Assembly (NCBI GenBank): GCA_030265395.1
Contig: JARFYF010000072.1
Coordinates: 3,467,711 to 3,531,710, forward strand
Reading direction: 5' to 3'
Length of the DNA stretch: 64,000 nucleotides
Source of the DNA: Rhina ancylostomus
Taxonomy: Eukaryota
Below, one piece after another: positions 51,984-63,700 of this stretch. A program made the position numbers and the translations under genes. Every line of letters begins with the position of its first letter. The stretch's first letter is position 1. Under the pieces are notes generated by a model. The model had not been told where the DNA came from, ran no database searches, and was given only the letters and a program-made list of their open reading frames with translations.

Positions 51984-53204
51984 TGTAAATGATAACGTTC
52001 GCCAAATCGAACAGTTCATGGATACAGCCCTCAGTACAAGTATCAAGGCGCAAACCGGGGTAAAGAGCAAGACACGGCATAAATATAGATATAATTTGTG
52101 TGTTCCACAATAGCAACAACGAAAATCACCATGTGATCTGCTGTTGCCATTCCCATCAAATACGGTGCGCCGCATTTGGAGAGTCCATATTTTCCCCGAG
52201 ATAGGATCACATTCGCCGTTAAATTAACTGAAAGGAAACAACGAGAGTTATTCCAACGGTCGAAACTGATCAGTTTCAGTTGACAAATCCCCTGGACTGT
52301 GCAGAATGGATCCCAGTTCTCTGATCCAATGTTGTAAATAACTGACTTAGAACCTCAGCGAGGAAATGAAGTCCGTCCAGGCACCATCACGTCTTTCCGT
52401 CTGGAGGACAGCGCCGGACTGGTGTGACAGTTGCGGCGGCAAGTCTCCTTCGGATAACAGCAGGGGATCTGCAGTCCACAACAGTACGGTGAACTCCTGA
52501 TTGCATCGTGATCGAGACTTGGCCCATTCTTGGAGCAGGAAATTCTGCAGGTAATAAAATGAACTCGTTGAGATTGTATCTTTCAGCAGAGCATATTTTG
52601 GAAGTAGAAACATAGAATGAAAATCAAAACTGGCAAAAAGAACTCTAATGGGGCAAACGCTATATTTCTTTATGTTATTGTTAAAAATGAAGAGACATTC
52701 AGACAGGGGAAAAAACACTTCTCTTGTGCTGAGTTATGGTAAAAAAAATATGCGCGTGGAAAGTAAACTGACATTTCCGTGAAAGTGATGACCGGTTGTT
52801 ATTCTAATTTTTCAAGTTTCTCTCCTGATTCAGTCTGTTACCCAGAACAACATATACCGGTAACGTTACCAAAAGTTTAGTAAGGTAAAATGCTGGAGTA
52901 ATGTCAATATTATCGCCAACTTAATTGATGAAGCAAGTGGATATCAAATCGATCAATATACATTAAGATAAAGAAAAAATAAAACAATCAGCTGCTTGAC
53001 ACCTCGTCATTCTGGAAATACTTATCAGCAACTGAGGCAGCAACTGTGTTAGGTATCAAGCGACGATCCTACAGTGTAGCCGATACAGCAAAACGAGGAC
53101 ACGACACAAACACTACCCAGCTCCAGTATCAGACCAGCAATAACAACAGCTGCAAGCGCAAGATAGAAAATACTCGCTATGCAGTAAATTGTTTCATATC
53201 CCAT
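51984..53204 (-). pseudogene. GPR139/142-like pseudogene (duplicate of gene B), truncated after TM3
   Basis: Exon 1 53135..53204 is MGYETIYCIASIFYLALAAVVIA+G|gtctga. Exon 2 from 52227 reads NLTANVILSRGKYGLSKC..YLMGMATAD, frameshifts near 52072 and ends at CSIWRTLSFT. Intron and ~850 nt upstream are homologous to gene B. Confidence 0.88.
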
Positions 53205-54519
53205 TTTTGTGTGAAGCAGCATCAATGGTACTGAAGGTTCCAAGTTCCAAGTATCCACAAGTGATTTATTTAACAAACTCTTAATCAAGAGAGGGATGTT
53301 GCACTGAGTCAATACTGTGTTCATCTCCACAGCCATATCAGGAACAAAACATTGAACAAACATTCAGGGTAAAATATGCTTACTCATTTGTAACGGAGTA
53401 ATGAATGTGACTCTTCACTGGAAACTACAAGCTGTGAAAAAATGTTAAGCTTCTTCGAAAGAGATTGTTGCAAATTCAATTTCTATGACACGAAGTGTCA
53501 ACTGCTGAAAAGGAACAATTCCTTGAATATGTATCATTTTTCACATGGGCAATCAACTTGAAATCGGCAGCATTTGTCACATTATGCGGTTCACACTGAG
53601 CTTCTGAAATTAGGAAAGGGAGATTGGGTTGGCAGGTAAAACAGTACACGTCTCCCGTGAAGGGGAAGACTCATCCCTCCCTTTGGCTTTCTGGAAGTAT
53701 TCATGCTCGAAATCACAGGGGCAACTGAGGACAGTTATTGCAATAAAAATATACTGTATTCATTTACCCCGGAGATATCAAATCATCCGCATCTATACTA
53801 GAGTCACCTGTGATGAACTCACGGACAACCGAATCACAAAACTGTCCAGGTGTAAGAACGATGTTTCCTAACACAAAGCACCTGTACTTCTTCAACCGAG
53901 AGACCTGACCACCTCACTTTACCCCATGGGCGTTTGTTGCAATCTCATTTTTATATTTATACAATAATCTCGATGTCTTTTTGTAATTCTTCTAAGGTTC
54001 TGATCAGATCACAATTGTTCCCACGCCATTTCCTGCATGAATGTAGCTCATAAGGATGATTGTTTCGGAGGTTACCATGCCGATCACTCTTCTAGTACCA
54101 AATAGCTGTAATAATGTTTCCTTATTTATTTAAGGTGTCTTGTCTTTAATTTGCCACCACTGTCATCATCCAACAGCATTGCTGGTGAAATACACAAAAC
54201 ACCATACAATGACAACGTATAATCCTTGCGTTGTGCTTTTGTGGGAAATGCCGCCCCATGTTTACACCTCACGAAACACTGTCGGACTATTTCTAATTGT
54301 CTCTAGGTTCCAATCCAACATGGTCAGCCACCAGTCACTGGGTCTCAAAGACATGAAATATCTCGGTGCCCTTCCCCATCCATTGTCGTCTCACTTTCCA
54401 AATTCATCACCAACCTAACTGCATTGCAGAGCGGTGAGTGCGCTCTTCTCCCCTGCTTCAGGACCATTAGGACCATTTTCATCTGATAAGAGTGCTCGAC
54501 TCTGCACCCTTTGCTGAAT

Positions 54520-54808
54520 CTGTACTGAGATGATTGTGTGGGAATGGGAAGTCCAATTGAAGCGGCTGGCGACAGGGAGATATTGGCTGTTGTGGCAGAT
54601 GGAGCGAAGGTGCTCAACTGAGCAGTCACTCACTCTGCATCGGGTCTCACCGATGCAGAAGAGGCCGCACCTGGAACACCGGATGTAATAATGGGCACCC
54701 TCAGATTCAAAGGGGAAGAGCTCCCTCGCCTGGAATGATCGTCTGCGTCCCTGAATGGAGGTGAAGGAGTAGGTGTTAGGGGTGTTGTAACAGGTTTCAT
54801 GGTGGCAG
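54520..54808 (-). mobile_element. Penelope-like element, GIY-YIG endonuclease fragment
   Basis: Reverse strand reads IRCSRCGLFCIGETRCRVSDCSVEHLRSI...LPVASRFNWTSHS. Confidence 0.8.
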
Positions 54809-55679
54809 TGTCACAATGTTGATCCAGATCAAACTCACAGAGAACCCAAATGCGGCACACCAATACACGACTGGAGTCAGGATACNNNNNNNNNNNNNNN
54901 NNNNNNNNNNNNNNNNNNNNNNNNNNNNNNNNNNNNNNNNNNNNNNNNNNNNNNNNNNNNNNNNNNNNNNNNNNNNNNNNNNNNNGTAGGGCTCTGGATC
55001 AGGTACATGCAGTTCCCTGGGTGGTTGGGACATCAGACTGTACTGTGGTGCTCCAACTGATGACCCAGGCTGGTCAGACGGAATTCCAGGATTGGCAGAG
55101 GCAAGGAGAGCAGAAACTCGGCTGACCTATTCACTGAGCTGCGCCACAGTCGCAGTAAGGGTACGGAAGTGTGCCACAACACCCCGGAGCTACTGGTCAT
55201 GCCAGCCCAGAAGTGAACCCTGGTTGGCAAGGGCTTCATTAAGGGCATTACTGTCCGCTGGGTTCATTATGGTCAGACTATTCTGTAACAATGTTGAGCA
55301 AACTCAGAGAACCCAAATGCGGTGCACTGATACAAAACTGGAGTCAGGATACTTCCTCACGACAAAGGCACGCAGTAACTGGTAGGAATCTTGCCTCGGA
55401 GATCAGCAGAGGAATCCCAACACGAACTGGATCTTCACAATGGAATAGAGAACACAGTACTGCTCTTGAGTAAACCACTCTGAGCAACTGGAACCAAAGT
55501 ATTCCTAAAGTTAGTGCAATACTCTGGCAACTCGTGCCAGAGAAACCCAGGTACTTATGATAGGCCCCTGATGGGGCTTAGGTGTGTGTCGTTATGCAAT
55601 GAGTCCAGCATGGAATCCATGTGCTGGACAACAAGGCATTACAGGAGCCAAATTGAGGCCATAACGCAGAACCATGACA
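54809..55679 (-). mobile_element. Gypsy element: 5' LTR 55284..55679, gag start, gap, 3' LTR end 54809..54885
   Basis: LTR TGTCATGGTTC...TGTTACA followed by gaatagtctgaccataATGAACCCAGCGGAC, homologous to 61358..61665. Confidence 0.88.
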
Positions 55680-57999
55680 TGTATTGGAGACACTTGTGAT
55701 GAATAATATGCAAATAATTTTAAAATCCCACAGCAAAGATAACCACCTGTGCATATTGATCATTACTGTTGAGTGCGTAATGAACAGTGAGGTCTGTGAG
55801 ACAGCAATTTAGTCCTAACCCAGGACAACGCCATTTATCTGATTCAATGAACTATTTATAATCTCTGTGACATTATCGGGGTTCTATTCTCCTTGCATGT
55901 GATGTAGAAAGAGATTGTGGCATTAATTGGCCGTTAATTTGCATCAGCTGTGAATTACTTTTCATGTCCTTTGTTCCTTCGGTAGATTTAGCAGTGATAC
56001 ATTCCATCTATCGTGCTGGACAAACCGCGATCACACAGGGAATTTTCTTGTTTTTTTTCTCCTCACAGCTTTCGCGAAATGCCACGGTAGAGTTTTATGT
56101 GCAACAGGCGTCTGACCAAAGCAGAATCTATCCTCAACAAGACCATAGAGGACAGCTTGACTCTGGTAAATTGAATTTTTCGGAGAGGCCATTACTTGGA
56201 TGCTAATTTAGTTGTCGCGATGTTATTTTAAGGCTATTTAAATTTTCCTCTGCCTCAATGATAAACTATCCTCCTCACCGAATTACGTACGATACAGTCC
56301 GAGTTGGAACGCTGTCATCAGTTGTAAAGAGAGGATTAAATTTTCCAGAACTCAATATTTGATTCCTCTTTGGTATGTTGAACAATGGGTAAGAAAAAAT
56401 GGAGGCTGTAACACAACATGTAATGTTTTAAAGTATTGGGAACACACAGGATTACACTGCCTTGAGATTAGATAATGGTGAAAAATGATCTTCTGAAAAA
56501 TAGGCTCTGCATGCTATCTCTGAGTTATGTGCCTAAACTAAAGGCCACGAGGGATAAGAATGAATAGAAAAGTACTAGGGTAAAGATTTTGAAGGGCATG
56601 AAAAGAGGCTACTACTGAGTGTTTAGGAGAATCTCGCCTTAGGCTGGGGCCGCGACCAGTGCTAACTGTGACTGAAGCCGAAGGACAGACTGACCCAAAA
56701 CAGATAGAAGGTTGCAGAAGAGACTACGGGACACCTGGGATTCGCTGCGGTACTGTATCAGATTGGTTGAAAAATACTTTTTTTTTCCCTTTTGTATTTC
56801 ATTGTATTCATCATTGTGTTGCATTCATGATTTTTAAAAGCGTTTTATCAACTTCATCGCCTGTATGGTGCCTTATTTGTTTGTCAATACCTCTTGCTGC
56901 TGAATCTGGAAAGAACAGGGAACGAATTTCAGAATATTTCGTTACACCTGTTGAATTTCTGCTGTGGTAGATTAGTAGTAAGTGAGCAAATCTTTGCCGT
57001 CAGAAACAGATCAGAGAAAGCCAGCGTTGTATTGCAACGGCTAATTCATAAATGACGGAGTATGATTTTCGAAAGAACCAACTGCTTGGTTAAACAGTCT
57101 GTCCATGGATGATGTTTGTGTCTACAGAAGGCACATCTTCAAGTTTAACATAGCGTCGAGGTCCCATAAGCGAATAATCTTGTAGTGCCCTCAACCTACT
57201 GGCAGGTTCAGATTTTGGAGGTCGGCAATGGGAGTGTACTCCAATGTTCTATCAATCTATGAGTGTGGCATATCAACTTCGCATTAGATTCACTGACGAA
57301 AACGAAATGCGCACAGATTCCTTTGCTACAACTTGAGAGAAACAGGTTTCGTGAGATGGGACAGACATGGACTTCAGTTAAGACGGACAGGAATCGTTGG
57401 ACTTTTTCCGAATGTGCGGAGCGTGAGGCCATCTATGTCAAGCATCAGGTTTGTGTAAATAACTAAATTCTACAATTGCGGCTTCAGAAATAGAACACTG
57501 ACAACATCAATAACACATTTAACTAATAAAAAAATCATCGATGAGACGTTGGTCTTTCACCGGGTGTTGTGGAGACGCAATGATGGGATAGCAAAACAAG
57601 CATTGTTGCTAGGGAAGGATCCATGGGCATGGATTCTTCGGCAATGAACATCAACTGGGGCGATTCACCCGGTATGTCCATGACAATGTCAGTGGAAGAT
57701 GAAGTATGGGAATGGAAACTTCATGGATGCTCACATATGTTGGAGCAGACCGAAGAAAACATTCATAATGGAACATTACAGAGAGTTCAGAGAGAACATT
57801 TTCACAAAATGACCCTGGTATATGTAAACTCTTCATTCACGAAACCATATGGTTCAGTTTACTGAAAATGACTCGATTCCGGCCAACCAATATTCAATGC
57901 TGTGAAGGAACTGTGAGCATCCATGAAGTTTTCCAATTTCAGATAAGCCTCCTTCCTTTCTGTTTCCCCCCTCTGCCCGCGCTCTCTCCTTCCAATCGT

Positions 58000-58520
58000 T
58001 CGTCCATCATTCTAATTGTATTCTGTTTCCCAACTGCCCTCCGTCCCCCACTCACCAACATCTCAGTTTCCCGCCGGTTCCGTCCACCCACCACAGAAAT
58101 AATTAATCGAAAGATGTTCCCTCCACGAACTGGTCAGGATCATGAAAATCCTATCTCTCCTCACAGTTCCCTTTCTCACTCTCTTACTTATCTGATTCAA
58201 GCAGCGGGATATCTTGTTGCTGCGTATCTCACTCCAGCAGCTGACACTAATCATTGTCCTTCCTCCACGACATCGAACCATCAGCCTCTATTTTCTTTCG
58301 TTTCTTCCCTGTTGTGCCTCCATCTATCATCCGCCAACCTCTGTCTCCCAAGTCCATCCCTGCTGTCCCCTACCTGGCTCGACCTGCCCGTCATCGATAA
58401 ACCCTCCGCAGCCCACCAATCACCCCGGGATCCTGTTTCATCACGCCCCTTTATTTTCGCTATCTCCCCTCCCCGCTCAGTACGGATACAGAGTTCCCCA
58501 CAGAAGCGGCTATGTAGAAA
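58000..58520 (+). mobile_element. Degenerate Penelope-like fragment
   Basis: C/T-rich sequence resembling the Penelope RT-endonuclease linker and terminal region. Confidence 0.45.
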
Positions 58521-59900
58521 GAGTTCCTCCAGCAAGTTGTTTGTTGGTCCAGATTGTAAAATGCCCATCAGACAAAGATAACGGTGATCCAATTAATCTA
58601 AAGATTTTATTCCAAGCATCGATTTTCCACCTACTCCTGTGTCTCCGATTTCTCTTGAGTTTTTATATCAAAATGTTAGCATTTATCTGAATATTGAAAC
58701 TTCGGTTTGGGAAAAGCATCATCTGCAGAAAGAATTACAAGTATCTCCTTCAGGTCATTTTATTTAATTCGGTATTTATGCAAAGACGACCAGACAAAAA
58801 GTGTGAAATTTATTTCTGGGCAATGATTCTTCAATCAGGTATCAGTAATCACTTGTTCTTTGGGTTCGTGATTGGTGAAACTCCTAGTTCACTTGCAGAA
58901 GAACAGGCAGAGCGATATTTTCTGCATGGAGAGAAAAAAATTCACGGCTCAATGCAAGTTCAGTGACGATCCCCCCTCCACTACATCTGCAAGCGGTAGT
59001 TGGCAGATTCCAAACGGAAGTTGCGTAAAATTGATAGTGGCAACCCAGAGATTTCAGTGAAATAACGAACTGTGGTGTACGTGACTAAGTATCCCTGAAT
59101 GCAGCCACCAAAATAATGGCGGTGACATAAGTAATACACGTACTTATTCGGCTGGCGACAGACTAGAAAAGCATGCATTTTACATACAACTGAATTAATC
59201 ATTGGTTTGGCCGCAGATGGAATTGTGTGCGATTCTCGTCACCACATATGGAAGGAAGCGATTGCTGCGGAAGGGGTGCAGCCCAGATTTAACAGGTTGT
59301 TTGGCTTGGGCTGAAAGTCTCTCCATCTTTGAAAAAAAATCAGATAGGCAGGGTGTATTTTTGCTTTTAATGTAGAAGGAGAGGTGTGTCCTAAATGCGT
59401 ATAAAATACAAGGACCATAGTTGTGGAATATTGTTAGAATCACCCCCCCCGTCCATTTCCCAAATGTGATTCTCACGTTAGCAGAGCATTGAGGAAGAAT
59501 TATATTCACCTGGAAGTTAATTAAATCTGGAGGCAAAACCGGAGAACCGGTGGAGGCTGAGATTTTCACTATTTTAGGAAATATATCAGTAAGAAATTAA
59601 AACACCATGATACAGGAAGCTGCTCGGCCAGTGTCCGAAATAAGAGTATAGATGTTCGCTGCTGGCCCCCGCGCACAGACTGTGTAAGCCAACCTCGTGA
59701 ATCTGTAATTGTTTTACAGTTTTATGCAGAATTGTAATTACTTTCTCGCAAACGTCTTGTACGCTTCAGAGACGTGGCGATGAAATTTTCATGATCGGCA
59801 TATTAATTGTATACGTTACAATGACTGTGGCGCTAGCACGCACTTGCCAAACCACATTGTGTCCCATTGCACTTTACGAGACTGAGCTCAACTTAAGTGA

Positions 59901-59971
59901 TGTATTGACCGGGAATCGAACCCGAGTCTCATTCGAGGGAGGCGTGAATTCTACCACTGAACCAACAATGC
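59901..59971 (-). tRNA. tRNA-Gly(CCC)-like pseudogene
   Basis: Reverse complement GCATTGTTGGTTCAGTGGTAGAATTCACGCCTCCCTCGAATGAGACTCGGGTTCGATTCCCGGTCAATACA closely matches vertebrate tRNA-Gly. A and B boxes are intact, but the anticodon stem has two mismatches and the acceptor stem is imperfect. Confidence 0.8.
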
Positions 59972-60824
59972 ACTATCGATGCAACTTCTCCTGCACATCT
60001 CCATCCTTACCCGCCAGCACTAAGTGCCCTCTTGGTCCAATGTACCCAATGTTTACTTTGTTCACTTGCTGAAGGAAATTATTGAGGCAGAGTTAAGAAA
60101 CGTGTTCAAATGCACCTTCTTGTCCATAAGCGTTGACTAACTCGTGAATCACTTCCATATTTCCATACCTGCAGAGATCATGATTTCAACTGGATCCTTT
60201 ATGTGTGAGGCACCAAGTAAATGAAATTCTCACCATCTCTTGCTTGACATAACGCTGGCTGAACTTGGGTCTACTCACTGTTACATTGAGTCAACACAGA
60301 TCTCACTTGGATTCAAATAATCAGGGAGAACGGCAGACAAATGCTAACTTCCCCAATGGGCCGTCTGTGAAATCTAGGCAGAGACATACAGCGCAATGTA
60401 GGTGTTGTAAAGTGTTTTCCGGAGGTTGCAGTGTTCTGTGCTTCAATATTGTGGAACAGGCCCAACAGTTCCACCCGTTCAAGGGCAGGAATGTTTACTG
60501 TGGGTTTGGGTGCGATGCTGTAAAGATGCTTAATTTGTCTGTGTCTTCTCAGGACGGTGTGTTAGTCGGAGTGCTCTCAGTGTTTTCGTTCCTGTCCGAA
60601 TGAGTTGGGGTCTGGGGGAGCAATGCATAAGCTCTCTGTGCCTTCGTAAGATTGGTATTTGAGCTGCCGTTTATCAGACATGCGATTGTGTTTCTCCTGC
60701 AGTGCAAGCGTCAGGGAGAGCTGTTTAACCCCGCTGTGTGGGGAGAGTACCTGGAGTTGAAAGTCTGATATTCATTTTAAGGCGGTGCCTAGGATGGATT
60801 TTGTGGTGTTAAGTGGAATAAAAG

Positions 60825-63395
60825 AACCGCTGGATGAATCCTGCCGCTCAGGCAGCATTTATGGAGGGACATGAGCAGTCCACAGTTTGGGTCCAGACTC
60901 ATCACTGTGACTGAAAGTGGAAAGGAGATATTGCCCTTATGAAGAGACGAGGGCTGTGTCATAGTTCTGAGTACTGGCCCCATATTTGGCTCCTTAGATG
61001 CCTCGTTGTGCAGCATATGGATTCCATGCTGGACTGATTGATTAATGACACACACCTGAGCCCCATCAGAGGCCAAGCATTAGTACCTGTGTTTCTCCAG
61101 CACGATTTGCCAGTGTATTGGTCAACCTTCGGGTATACTTTGGCTCCTGGATGCTTAGAGTGGTCTACTCTAGAGCGGTTCCGTGTTCTCTATTCCTGCT
61201 TGAAGATTCGGTTCGTGTTGGGATTCCTACTCAGACCTCCGAGGCAAGATTCAGTGCAGCCCGTGCTTGCTCCTGAGGAAGTATCCTGACTCCAGTCTTG
61301 TACCAGTGTTCCGTATTTAGGTTCTCTGTGAGCTTTACCTTTGCTCAACAATGTGACAGAATACTCTGGCCAGCATGAACGCAGCGGACAGGCATTCCCG
61401 GTGTGAAGCCCTAGCGAGTCAGGGCTCACTTCTGGGCCGGCATGACAATGAGCTCCTGGGGATCATGGCAGACTTCCATACCCTTACTGCTACCGTGGGT
61501 AGCTCAGTGAACAGGTCAGCCGAGTCTCTGCTCTCCTTATCTCTGTCACTCCTGGAATTCCGTCTGCCCTGCCTGGGCCATCAGTAGGAGCAACACCGTA
61601 CGGTTTGATCCCCAACCACCCAGGGAACAGCATGCACCTGACCCAGAAGCCAGTACTGGGGATCTGGCAAAATGCTAGTCCTTCATATTACAATGCTTGT
61701 TAGTCCCTCTCATAGAGGGAAATGCGGCCCTCTATGTACACCACTGGGAGATCAAAGGTTGCATTCATCGTGGGGTTGTTGCGTGGAAGGGTGCTGGAAT
61801 GGGCCACTGCCATCTGTGACCATCAGCCAGAGACCTGCTCCTCGTTTTACACCTTCATCGAGGAGATGAGAAAGGTCTTTAACCATCCCATCCGTGGAAA
61901 AGAGGCAGCCAAACGACTCCTCACCCTCAGCCAGGACTCCCGCAGCGTCGCGGAATATACTGTGGATTTCCGGACGTTGGCAGATGACTCAGGGAATGGG
62001 GAAGCTCTCCAGGGTTTTTTTGGCAAGGCCTCAGTGAAAAGATTAAGGATGAATTGGCTGCCCGAGATGAAGCGAGCAAACAGCCTGGATGCATTAATCT
62101 CTTTAGCCATCAGGCTGGATAACCGACTCCGGGAAAGGCAAAGGGGGAGGATGACTCGTCCAACTCCTGCGTTCCTCCCTCAGGTCACCTTCCCGAGCCT
62201 CTCTGCTCCTTCTCCTTCCGTCCCCAGAGGGGGCCCTGACCCAGTCGATTACATCACCCCAGAGGAACAACCAATGCAACTGGGGCGGAACCACCTTTCT
62301 CCCTCCGAACGACGTCGTAGATTAAGAGCTGGGAGATATCTCAATTGCAGGCAGCCTGGCCACTCTCTCGCCACTTGTCCCTTTCAGCCAAAAGGGAAGG
62401 GATAGCCAGTAGAGAGAAGGCTTCTGGAGAGCCAGAGGACTTTCCCTATGGCATCCTAGAACCAATTGCTGGTGCCAGCTACCATCAGGCACCTCCAACA
62501 GTCCTTGTCCTTCTCTGCCTTGGTGGACTCTGGCGCTGAACGGAATCTGTTGGATGAAAAGGTAGCCTCCCAGGCAGGGATTCCCCGGGAGCCATTGAGT
62601 TCTCCTCTAGAGCTTCGGATACTTGATGGCAGACTGTTGACCCGAGTTACGCACCGGACACCTCCTCTGTAACAATATTGAGGAAAGAGCAAGCTCACAG
62701 AGAACCCAAATGCGGAACACTGGTACAGGACTGGAGTCTTAATACTTCCTCAGGACCAAACACGGGCTGCAGCTGGAAGGAATCTTTCCTCAGACATCTG
62801 AAGAGGAATCCCAACACGAACTGAATCTTCAGACAGGAATAGAGAACACAGAACTGCTCTGGAGTAGACCACTCTAAGCAGCCAGGAGCCAAAGTATACC
62901 CGAATGTTACCCAATACTCTTGCAACTTGTGCCAGAGAAACTCAGGTACTTATGTTGGGCCACTGATCGGGCTCAGGTGTGTGTCATTATGCAATCAGTC
63001 CATCATGGAATCCATGTACTGTACAACGAGGCATCTAAGGAGCCAAATCAAGGGCCAGTACTCAGAACCATGACTGGCAGTGGTGAGGCAAAAGCTGGAA
63101 AATGAGAGGGGTATTCAGGTGAGAGGCTTGAATGGCAGAAGAACTCAGGTGCGCGAGGCTGGGGTGATGATAATGGCACCAGCTGGGTGGGGATAGGTGG
63201 AGGCAACAAACGGCAAATGTGAATAGAATCTGATCGGAAAGGAAGGTAAAGCAGGGAACTAAATAAAGGATGTGTGGTGGGAAAAGGGGAAGGATGGGAG
63301 AGGGGATCCAGTGGGACGAGTTTGCGATAGCCAAACAGAATAGGTGGAGGAGTTGCAACAACCTGCGTGATGGGGGATAGTTGATGTTGGTTAAC
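60825..63395 (-). mobile_element. Penelope-like terminal fragment (60825..60956 and 63076..63395) interrupted by the Gypsy insertion
   Basis: gctggatgaa...caggcagcatttatggaggga...gggctg | ggcagtggtgaggcaaaagctgg reads as one continuous Penelope-type end sequence. Confidence 0.6.
60957..63075 (+). mobile_element. Ty3/Gypsy (sushi-like) LTR retrotransposon remnant: LTR(+) 60957..61357, gag-pro 61375..62667, LTR(-) 62668..63075
   Basis: LTR TGTCA...TGACA; gag KVAFIVGLLRGRVLEWATA, LSQDSRSVAEYTVDFRTLA, PMQLG and a degenerate zinc knuckle (YLNCRQPGHSLATC); protease ALVDSGAE. No RT or integrase. Confidence 0.92.
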
Positions 63396-63439
63396 TTCTT
63401 TACTTCTTTGAATTGCCGTGATGAATGTTGTACCCCTGT

Positions 63440-63700
63440 CTGCCATGGTCCTGCGGTACAGTGTGAGAGTGAGGGTGTTTCGTTGACAGAGCTGTGATCC
63501 TGCGATGCATGATATGCAAGAGTATGGGGTGTTTAGCGGACAGATTTGTGATCCTGAGATGTCGGGTGTGTGAGATTATGATGTGTTTAACGTACAACGC
63601 CGTAATTCTGTGGTGTAGGGGATGTGAGAGTAAGGTTTTATCAGTGACAGAGCTGTGATCCTGCGGAGTAGGGTGTGTGAGAGTGAGTGGCAGAGCTGCA
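63440..63700. repeat. Degenerate minisatellite-like repeat (gacagagctgtgatcctgcg...gtgtgagagtga)
   Basis: Unit recurs at ~63486, 63538 and 63646. Confidence 0.5.

Noticed and set aside
57868-58690. 237-aa and 158-aa ORFs
   Set aside because: Pro/Ser-rich translations of C/T-rich decayed repeat sequence with no recognisable domain.
61722-62405. Domesticated gag gene (PEG10/RTL-like)
   Set aside because: Flanked by LTRs, upstream gag has a stop and frameshifts, the zinc knuckle is degenerate, and a second decayed copy lies at 54986..55280.
54804-63080. GGCAG on both sides as TSD of one 8-kb LTR-bounded unit
   Set aside because: Sequence after 63075 continues the Penelope fragment ending at 60956, not the one ending at 54808, so the match is probably coincidental.
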